NCBI GenBank assembly: GCA_010093815.1
Contig: ML996583.1
DNA length: 64,000 nt
Reading direction: 5' to 3' (one strand)
Origin: Pseudovirgaria hyperparasitica
Lineage: Eukaryota
Shown: positions 26,471 to 35,787 of the stretch, in pieces
How the letters are laid out: the number at the start of each line of letters is the position of its first letter
How positions within the stretch are numbered: the stretch's first letter is position 1
Notes under the pieces: model-generated
What the model was told of the DNA's origin: nothing
The model's database searches: none
The model's input: only the letters and a program-made list of their open reading frames with translations
Program-made: the position numbers and the translations under genes

Positions 26471-27266
26471 ATGTCCATTGCAGCTACTAAACAAACAATG
26501 TCTTCGCCCAAGTACGAATACACCAGTCTGTCCGATTCTCACGACGAGATGAAGGAGGACGGTCTCATCGCTCGTCCTCATGCTTCCCATACTGGGATCA
26601 ATCGATGGGGCTTCTTCGCTGCCGGCGTGTTGTCGACGCTCGCTGCAGTCTTCGTCGTCTGGGTCGTCAGTCTACATGTTCACATCCCAGCACATAACTC
26701 TGAAGCTGATGGTACGTCAATGCCTTACAAAATACAAGCAAATATACATCTATTCCCCCCAATAAAATCGATCTATCTACTGCTACACAACTGAGCCAGT
26801 TTATGCCAAACTAACGAACACATCAGCTCTCCTCCTCCTCCGCAAACCACACTTCATGACACACGCCACTGAGTCCATCTACGCCGTGCCACAATCCGTG
26901 CAGTCCGACGAGGACTGGCGTCTGCTCTTCCCACTGCGCGGTGCCCGCTTCACGAGCGAGGACGAGGCTCGCCCGTTTACGCTGTCTGTCTTCCACCAGC
27001 TGCATTGTCTGGCCAGTATCCGGCGCGTGTACTTTGACCTGCAGACGGGCGAGGGCAGTGCTATTGATGCGTCGACACATGGGCATATCCGGCACTGTAT
27101 TGACTTTCTGCGGCAGGTGGTGATGTGTAATGCGGATCGCACCAAGGAGATTTATGGGACGGATAGCTTTGAGGCGCAGCATATGTGTTACGATTGGGAT
27201 GAGGTTCTGGAGAGTACGGAGCCGTGGACGTTGGCTCTTGAGGACAAGGATGAGGATGAGGAATAG
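26471..27266 (+). CDS. DUF3328/UstYa-like oxidase 1 (about 226 aa; exons 26471-26711, 26827-27266)
   Basis: N-terminal TM helix (WGFFAAGVLSTLAAVFVVWVV); SVFHQLHCL and HIRHCIDFLRQVVMCNAD = two HxxHC motifs; C-terminal HMCYDWD. Confidence 0.92.
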
Positions 27267-27412
27267 GGGGGCGCGTTATTTTGTGCTGCTAGCTCAGGCT
27301 GTGAGACAGATTGGACTTATGTCGAGTAGTATAGGGAGAAGAAATGCTTATCATGATGAAGCGAGTATTTTATGACGCACAACACGACGGAAAACTTAAT
27401 TTAAGACGTATG

Positions 27413-28390
27413 TTACAAAGTCGGATTCTTCAACACACTCATCTCCTCCGCTGAGATCTGCCTGTCTGCCGTTGATGCCATCAGCGCATCCCAATCCACA
27501 CAGCGCTCCAGGATGCGCGTGCCGTTGACCATAGGCTTCGTGCTTTTATCCCAATACATAGTGATCAGGTCTGAGACGTCAGGGTGGCACATAAGAACAG
27601 CCCTGAGCCGATCCATGCAATGGTCTGCTCCAGTCAGCTGAACAGTTTCCTGCTGGATGCCTCTTCTACATGGCCAAAAGATGGACATATCTTTTTTTAA
27701 AAAAAAAAACCAGAAAGGAACAGTGCAAAACTTACCAACATGCTCAGAAATGTACTTCACCTCATACTCGGTAGCATTGGGATAGTAGTAATCGCGGTCC
27801 TTCCACATACGCGCAAAATTCAGACAGTGCAGCTCATGAAACACGCCCAGCCAGGCAAGATAGCCACTGTCGCCGCTACCAGCATCATCAGTATCTCCGT
27901 CGCCGCCCATGGCAACGCTCGTGCGGCCATTGCGTGCCAGTTCGGCTGCGGTGACGCGGATGCGTTTGCGGTCCAGTAGCGAGTCCCACTGTGCGTCCAT
28001 GTCTGGCGTTGGCGGGCCAAAGTAGCCGCTTGTGGAGCGCAGTTCCTGTGGCGTGGATGCGTACTGGATGTCGAGGCTGGGGATGGCGAGGAGGGCTGTC
28101 TGGCCGGGTGCTGGGTAGTCTGCGGCGTGTGAGTGGAAGGGGAAGAAGGAGGCATTCGTGTAGATGTAGAGCCAGGCGAAGAAGGTGTAGCAAAAGATGA
28201 GGAGTGTGTGTATGATTACAGAGCGTGTGAGATGGGGCATTTTGGATTTTAGAGGGGTTGTGTGGGTGCGTTGGAGCCATGGAGTTGTGTCGTCGATGTC
28301 GTTGTCATCGTCGTCATTGATGGTGGTGCTGTTTATGTCGGTGTCGAAGGAGGTGGTGGATTTGAGGAGGTGGGCGTGTTCGATGGCCAT
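27413..28390 (-). CDS. DUF3328/UstYa-like oxidase 2 (about 288 aa; intron 27625-27735)
   Basis: TM helix (SVIIHTLLIFCYTFFAWLYIY), YFGPPTPDMDAQWDSLL, GYLAWLGVFHELHCL; after splicing EHVDHCMDRLRAVLMCHPD; CVDWD. Confidence 0.92.
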   Translation of the reverse strand: MAIEHAHLLKSTTSFDTDINSTTINDDDDNDIDDTTPWLQRTHTTPLKSKMPHLTRSVIIHTLLIFCYTFFAWLYIYTNASFFPFHSHAADYPAPGQTALLAIPSLDIQYASTPQELRSTSGYFGPPTPDMDAQWDSLLDRKRIRVTAAELARNGRTSVAMGGDGDTDDAGSGDSGYLAWLGVFHELHCLNFARMWKDRDYYYPNATEYEVKYISEHVGKFCTVPFWFFFLKKDMSIFWPCRRGIQQETVQLTGADHCMDRLRAVLMCHPDVSDLITMYWDKSTKPMVNGTRILERCVDWDALMASTADRQISAEEMSVLKNPTL

Positions 28391-29089
28391 GGTGTTTTGT
28401 TGGTGTGAGGTAGACTTTGATGTGCGATGGTAGGCAGTGGGAATGACTGTGGTATCGCGATTACAAGGACCACACGTCTGGAGTGTATCTTCAGTCTTGT
28501 GGATGTGGAAGCTTGCTCAGTATTCTGAGAGGCTGTAGTAGAAGGAAGGGGGACTAATCATTGACGAGGCGCATGGACCATATCCAAGCTCACGAAGAAG
28601 TGCAAGTGTATGGCTCGCCTACAGCATTTGAGGGGTTCCTGCCGTTCACGGGTGTATTACCGTTGTTTCCATATTGCCATGATGCAGAAACTAAAACTAG
28701 TCCCCAAGCCAGGGTCCCCAGTCACACTTTCATCCCGTCACGCCATGCTCCTGTCCATGCGAGGTATTCCTCGCCGATGTCAGCCTTTCCAAACGACTTT
28801 TCACCAATGATTTTTCATCCCTTCACGTCGACTTCGTTTACGGGTGCACTGTCATATCGGGCCAGAGCGGTATATCCCGTCTGTTGTGTTCGTGCATGGG
28901 CCTCGCAAAGGTACACCCCCCTTGAGGGATACCACTTCTTACGCGGGCCCAAACGTGTCATTTCAGCGCGACCCAATGGATTATTGTGAACCCTTATTGA
29001 ACTAGGTGTTCTTGATACGAGGTACTCTTCAATTGTCGTCCTAGGATAGACAGGAAGTCATGCCAAGCAGGCTGTTGGATGCAGACGCC

Positions 29090-29168
29090 GATGCTAGATG
29101 CTAGATGCTAGATGCCAGCTGCTCAGATGCTAGATGATGGATGCTGGGTCCTGGATCCCAGATGCTAA
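29090..29168. repeat. GATGCTA 7-mer tandem repeat (about 4 contiguous copies plus degenerate copies)
   Basis: gatgcta-gatgcta-gatgcta-gatgc at 29090-29115, further gatgct(a) copies to about 29168. Confidence 0.8.
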
Positions 29169-30633
29169 TGCAGGTGATCTACAGGTCCAGTGAGCAATCT
29201 GAGATCTTCATGTCAAGGTTGCATGCAGGTGATGTTCCTCCAAGGTTCGGTTCTTAGATAAGGTAAGGTTGGTATTTGAGTGCTTAGGTAATTCTAGTGT
29301 GAAGCTTTGCGTAGCGCTAGGACGCTTACGGGACTAGCGCCATCGGCCCGTTCTAGGTAGACATATCGGCGACTCAACGTCGCGGCCAGAGAAGCTGTCT
29401 TCATGTTACTTTCTACATAGTGTATCTGTCGTAAGAGACATCGTATTGACGAGTGTTCTTACACATACATCAGATCATCACCGCTCCTTGCGTCAACTCT
29501 TTTGCCTTCTTCCCAAGACGCCACCAGTCACCACCACCAGCTTCACTACCGCATCCGTACACCCTTGAGGGGTCAAGATAGTTCCTTGGAAGGCTGTGAC
29601 TCCCTTAGATCCACGAGTGTTTACGATCTTCTATTGCTCCCCCTCCCTTGGTAGCAGTATCAAAGGTAATCTGAGTCTGGGCACATCCGTCTGGTCCACA
29701 TTCATTCTCCATTCCAAGATCAGTGGTAACCACAGCGTTCTACTGGCTCGGGACCATTCCACTAGAACAGTGAGAGCAAGGCCGGAACGCCCTTCGTAGC
29801 TGGCTTTACATGGTGTTCCTGCCGCGTATGGCGCCAAGTAGTGTGGTCAAGGACGGTCACGATGGATGTACCAGAAGCTCCGTCGGCAGCGTTATTGACC
29901 CGATTCCTGCGCCCGCTATCAAAAATCTGACTCTATCTCATTGGCGTAATGCTGATAATAGTCTGGTGCTGCTCATGCAATGCATCCGGTAGGCTTTTCT
30001 ATGCGCTGCGTCCGGCTTGTTATGCTCTGATCCCGTCTGCTTGGTCCGCTTCACATCAAGACCACATATGATTGTTCAATAATTGCACCCAATGCTACTT
30101 CCATATTCCACATGAGCACAAGCCACTTCCCTCTCGGGAACTCGTCATGGGCACGTATTCGCCGGGCTCTTATCTTTTCACCCACATTCCACGCTAGCCC
30201 GACTTCCTTCATGTTTTTTGAGCGTGCTCGTTCTGCCTCCATCTTCCGATCACGTTGCGTGCGCTCTCAAACTCTTCACCTCTGGTTTACTATCCTGTTG
30301 TACGGCACAGCTTTTAGTCAGTCAGCTCTTCGTGTACGTTGGGCTCTCAACTCTGGATCCCAACCATCCATGCCATATCGGTAAAAGGAGATTCTATAAG
30401 CCTTCCCCTTCCAGACGACCAGACTCGCCACCCAGAAAACGCTTTGTTCACCGTACACCCCATTCGCCAAGCATCTCAAATACTATAAACGTCGCTCTCA
30501 CGTCCATATTTAAAATTTTCTTCCACTGCTTCTCTGTCCCAAAACCCTCGACTTACCATCCAGTCCTCACGCTTTCAAAGTACAATACCTATCAATCTCC
30601 ATTCAAGAACCAGCCAACCACTTTGATCTCAAC

Positions 30634-31372
30634 ATGCAGTTCATCACCACTGTTGCCCTTATGGCTGTTATAGCTACCGGTACTGTTGCTGCCCCTACGA
30701 AGCTTCACGTTGGTGAGTAGATCCCAATTTTCCTTGCTGCATATATACATACCAGCTTTCCACATACTAACAACTACCCAGCGCACCTCGTCTCAAAGAC
30801 TGTCGCTGATGATGATGTGGTCTATCCTGAGTACAAGCGCGGTGACACTGGTAAGCCTTTGAGCATACAGTAATTTTCCAGATAGAGCTTGCTAACGGTT
30901 TTTAGTGTCACGCAACTTGGTTGATGACGACGTAGTCTATCCTGACTATAAGCGTGGTTTGGTTGACGACGATGTTGTCTACCCTGACTACAAACGTGAC
31001 CTGGTCGACGACGATGTTGTCTACCCTGACTACAAACGTGACCTGGTCGACGACGATGTTGTCTACCCTGACTACAAACGTGACCTGGTCGATGATGACG
31101 TTGTGTATCCCGACTACAAGCGCGATCTGGTTGATGATGATGTGGTCTACCCTGACTACAAGCGCGGTCTGGTTGATGATGATGTGGTCTACCCTGACTA
31201 CAAGCGCGGTCTCGTCGATGACGATGTCGTATATCCTGACTACAAGCGCGACCTGGTTGACGACGACGTTGTTTACCCCGACTACAAGCGTGACCTGGTC
31301 GATGATGACGTTGTCTATCCCGACTACAAGCGTGACCTGGTCGATGATGACGTTGTCTATCCCGATTATTAG
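30634..31372 (+). CDS. Kex2-processed repeat protein (KEP), putative dikaritin RiPP precursor, 204 aa; exons 30634-30712, 30782-30850, 30906-31372
   Basis: Spliced: MQFITTVALMAVIATGTVAAPTKLHVAHLVSKTVADDDVVYPEYKRGDTVSR followed by 11 x (N/G/D)LVDDDVVYPDY separated by KR; signal peptide ending VAA-P; introns GTGAGT..TACTAAC..CAG and GTAAGC..GCTAAC..TAG keep frame. Confidence 0.93.
30914..31372 (+). repeat. Coding 42-bp tandem repeat x11 (precursor repeat units)
   Basis: Directly visible 42-nt periodicity; units 3 and 4 are identical at nucleotide level. Confidence 0.97.
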
Positions 31373-32284
31373 GCGTAAAAGTCATTCTCCCTTATCATTC
31401 TGACGGATTTTCCTTCATATATGGGCACGTCTCTTGATGTAAACATGGAGCTGTTGGTGCAAGAGTGTAACACTTCTTCTCCATGTTAAGAGCTGGAACA
31501 GCTATGGAATACTTTGATTGCAAGTTGCTGAGGGTCCTTTGATGGCTTAGTGTTATCATGGTCTTATAGTATCATTGACATATCAGATACATCATATCTT
31601 CATCTACCCATGTGACTACCGCATCTATTCGCCTGAACTCATTACCAATGACATACGCCATAGCTTCTTCCCACATCCATCGAACATTCAGAATCATCAT
31701 CAGTCCAGTTCTCAGCCAACCTCGTATTGCACCCAACATTCTTCACAGCCCCTCCTCTCGGAATATAAGCCACTCATCAGCAACCATAACAAACATCCAA
31801 GTCCAGAAGCGACCATCCTGCCGCAAGAAGCAACCACAGTTACCAAACTGCCTAGCTAAGCGCCGTGTATAATTTGAAATCCTCCGTGCCGCGAGCGCCG
31901 CCCAGTAGCTACTTGTTGATAACAAATTCTGTATAAGCGCCCTATAAGCGCTAAAAGTCGCGGGAAATACCCGCTGTTTGGGGGGGGGCTGTCCGGGTCC
32001 CGTCGGACATGTCAGGAGATATGTCTGACTTGGGACCGGAGCGATGTCTATAGCGTGGCATGGTATTACATTGCATGGCATGGCATGGAATGGAGGCTGA
32101 TGCGGGGGAGGACCCACAGGGCTGTGTGTGTTTGTATGTGTGTGTGTGTGCTATGGCTTGCAGGTAGGAGGTCTAGGCAGACGGACAGACAAACGAACTA
32201 TTCACTGATGGACCGTGTCTTGACGTTGGAGGAGGATGGTTTTGATTGGGGGGATTTTCCGAGGGGGGGACGGAAGGGTGTTGG

Positions 32285-32285
<1 letters not shown>

Positions 32286-32327
<42 letters not shown>
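32286..32327. repeat. (TG)21 microsatellite
   Basis: Perfect TG run. Confidence 0.95.
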
Positions 32328-32328
<1 letters not shown>

Positions 32329-32385
32329 TGATTTGAGTTTTTTGGTGAACGGGGTCGGATGGAGATGGACGGACGATGGACGATG

Positions 32386-32510
32386 GATGATGATGATGAT
32401 GATAATGATGATGATAATGATGATGATAATGATGATGATAATGATGATGATAATGATGATGATAATGATGATGATAATGATGATGATAATGATGATGATG
32501 ATGATGATGA
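32386..32510. repeat. (GAT)n / (GATGATGATAAT)x8 compound microsatellite
   Basis: GAT run with eight regularly spaced AAT interruptions. Confidence 0.95.
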
Positions 32511-33557
32511 AGGGGGGTGAGATCTTGGGCTTGGGGCTGTTGTGGTCGTTTGTGTGGGAGGGTGGTGGTGGTGTTGGTGTTTGTGTCGATGTTGTTGGTC
32601 GGATGAGGAGGTGGAGGAAGAGTAAAGTGATTTTTGGCTCTCTCTTGTGTAGTGCATGCATGCAGTGTGTAATTCCGGATTCGGGCAGGCGTCTATTGCG
32701 CTTCGCTCGCTTGGAGTGGGGAAAGTGATGTCGATGAGGAGGTACGTGGAGGTTGAAATGGGCCAATCACTTCAGACTACGCGTGTATCAGTCGTTGACA
32801 CGACACGATCAATTGTTGCCCTGGAAATAGCAAGTAATTTATGTATCAAGGGATACTCCGCCCTGTGTACCAATGTTATTGTCAGGTGATCTCCCAGGAA
32901 CGCAATAGATTCATGTTCTGAAACGCCCTCCGCAATCGTTATATGCTTCAAGGTCAAACCCTCCAGTTTCTCTGCATGGTGTTACAAGGATTCTCTGGCT
33001 GGAAGAATACAGGGCTGGTAGTTCGTACCACGTACATGTGGATCTCTGGATCATGACAGAGATGGTGCTGTGCCGTGGACGCGGCTCAACCATGCCGCTG
33101 GTAACTTCCTAGCATGGTCCTGTTGTTTAGGCTATTTTTTGGCGTTTACGTTACGCCTCCCGTGTCTAAACCTGTGCCGCGCGCCTAACTATATGCGAAG
33201 TTAGACTTCCGTCGGGGGACGTTGAAATACGAATCCGGGGGCGTATGGATAAGCCTCCGAGTGTCTGAGCCCATGTACTGTGACGGCTCTAGAGGTCACA
33301 AATCTAGACCCGGCCGAGACGGTCACGCTACAGTTTCTCTGAATACCGATGGATTGGATCGTGATGTATTGAATCGAAGACTTGATATGAAGTAGCAGAT
33401 ACATCGGGAGAAAGAGGTCCGTCGGTAGATCCACCACTCTAGTGCGGCGGCTAGCAACCCTATGTACCGCTGCAGACGTTGCGCCAACAGCGCCAACAAG
33501 CGCTCTAACGCTTTGCTATACGGAACATCGGGAACGTAGATGGTCCCGGAGCCGATA

Positions 33558-34701
33558 CTACTTCAAGTAGCGGTAGCATAGCGGACCACTATCTGTGTGC
33601 AAGATGTCACGGATACGCGTCTTAGGCCCAAGCTTATCAAGTTCCAGCTCGTCGTCGACCATAGTCCCAAAGATGGTTTCGGCACGGTGTTCTGGGTCCG
33701 CGAGCTGCCATTCTGCCCAGAGACGGTCGACCTGGCAGTGATGGAAGTAGAAGATTGGGTCTAGGAGAGATCAGTTACGATGTTCGTGTTCAAGAGAGTA
33801 ATTGGGCCATATACCGTTTGGAGAAGTGAATTCGAAGAATTCCCCCTGAATCCAGCGTGGGATGGCTTCATGTGCTGCAAACTCTAGTGTATTCCAGAAA
33901 TCGTAGTAGTCGTCCTTTTGCATGATGTCGTCGAGTTTCTCTGGTTGCAACTCTGCGCTGTACCTGTCAGACTTCTCGCCAGTCAGAAATCCTCGTGACA
34001 GACAGTGATGGGTTTCATTTGCACCGAAGCGAAGCGCCTGGTAGTGAGAGAATGGTCCTGTTTCGACACATCTTCCGTGACCCACAGACTCTTCACCTGT
34101 CCCATTGCCACCTATCCCATAAACATTGTCCCATACAGGAGCTTGATCGAGTGCTTCCCAGTCGAGAACCCAATTCCAGTATGGGATGGTGCCTTTAAAC
34201 CCACAGTGCGTCCGCAAGTCGTTCTCGAAATTGTGGAGCAGATAACGATGCCATGGCAGAAAAAGTGTTGTATCATGACCTATATCGAGTTTGTCAGAAA
34301 GTGTTCCATGATCTTTTCGAATACTTACCAATCTTGCCTGCATGGCTGTGCAAGTTTGCGTAGTCGCCGTACAGTGACTGATCGTCACGATAAAGTCCTG
34401 GAGTGGTCTGAAGGCACTTGATGGCGTCGATATACTCCAACTGTTCATCTTTGCGCAGATTACGCCATTCTCGGCGGAATTGGATCTTAGAACATCCTCC
34501 AGGCTCGCCGATATGCGTCGTCAGCGATTCAGAGTCTTCCTCAAATAGGCTGCGAGGAGAGAAAGTGAAGGCAAGCAGCAGATAGAAAATGAGGCAGGTC
34601 AAGCCTGTGGCAGATGCATACAAGAAGCGATTTGCAGTGAAGATCGACTTCTTTTGAGCAGCTTCAACTTCATAATCGAGGTCGGTCTTGAGTTCAGCCA
34701 T
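33558..34701 (-). CDS. Tyrosinase-like type-3 copper protein (UstQ/PhomQ-like), about 346 aa; introns 34280-34328, 33761-33814
   Basis: N-terminal TM anchor, C..RREWRNL..EQLEYIDAIKCL, CuA H..GHDTTLFLPWHR, IPYWNW, HCLSR, AAHEAIP, SPNDPIFYFHHCQVDRLW, LCYRY. Confidence 0.9.
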
Positions 34702-35787
34702 GATGAGTTTCAATATAACATAGTATTTGGAGGGAGCGTAGGCCGGGGACGTTGACAGAAGGGAGAGACAGCCACGCTACTCCGAAAAGAATCTGCTTAA
34801 AGAGCTGCAAAACTCTGACTCGTACCTACCTACTTTGGCTCAACGGAGAGCTTTGAAATGACGTGTGAAAACAAATAAAGCGGACACCTCAGGCACGACT
34901 GAAGAGGCACAGTATGGAATATCAACGACCACACTCTGAGGCGGTGCATGCTGATAAATACGCACAGCTCCACATGTTTGCTTTGACAGCCAAAATGGCG
35001 CTGCTCGGGCCGTCAGAGCCGCCGCCGTACGGCGTAGTCACTGTCACGTCTCAAGTCGATGTGTGATGTGTCTGATGGGAATACAATAAAGAGCTTGCTC
35101 GCCATCGTATCAAAACATTGTCGTAACACAGTCTTCACTCATCATGTACTTCACTGTAGGCGTTGGCGATGCTTTGGGGGCTCATTAAATGTGAAGGCGA
35201 AGAAAATAAGACTTACTTTCAATAAACCTTCCTTATGCTCAGACCCCTTTGCACACATTTAACATCATGCGATGTAAACGCCATCGACCTTTATCTTCGC
35301 AAACCATAACGCTTCTCTATGAATAGATTAGTGACTGATGGGCTTCCAATTCCTCTAGCAACTCTATGTTAGTATAGTATTTTAGCTTAGTACAGTAATG
35401 TATACTAAAGTTAGCTAAAATATAGTTCCGTGCACGGTGCATATATACTTAAATATAAAGTCATGCATATACATAAGCAAAAGCATATTTTTAGTGTGAT
35501 ATTCCATTGGTCTAGGAGAGAAAGTTCTATAACATGAGAGTGGTACTACTTTTCTTTCAAATCCATGGTCTGAGCTTGCTCACATAACTCGACCTGTCTT
35601 TTTACAATGTCTCACTAACCCACCACTGGCTACGAAAGTCCACAGAACATGCAGGAACTACCATGGGTGCTTGCTGGAGGACCCACTCTTCCCACACGTC
35701 AGTCCATACATATTTAGTTCTGGCATCCTCAAATGTTCTCGGTAGCCAGGCTAATTCGTTCGTGCGATCAACTCACCATTTTGTAGA

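Noticed and set aside
30914..31372. Repeat array as CRISPR, or precursor as alpha-factor-like mating pheromone
   Set aside because: No spacers and the DNA is eukaryotic. Units lack the X-A/X-P dipeptide spacers and WC..GQPC-like motif of Pezizomycotina alpha pheromones, and neighbours are DUF3328/tyrosinase genes
30822..31403. Alternative-frame repeat ORFs (TTMLSTLTT... on +; RQRHHRPGHACS... on -)
   Set aside because: Shadows of the precursor repeat; only the DDDVVYPDYKR frame shows synonymous-only variation and splices to a signal peptide
32173..32766. ORFs with poly-Ile, poly-Met, poly-Ser and His-Thr runs
   Set aside because: Translations of microsatellites with no domain content; the GAT (Asp) run's resemblance to the precursor's DDD is coincidental
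32772..33093. Short minus-strand ORFs between precursor and tyrosinase as an extra cluster gene
   Set aside because: No recognisable motif or coherent splice model; at most a degenerate fragment
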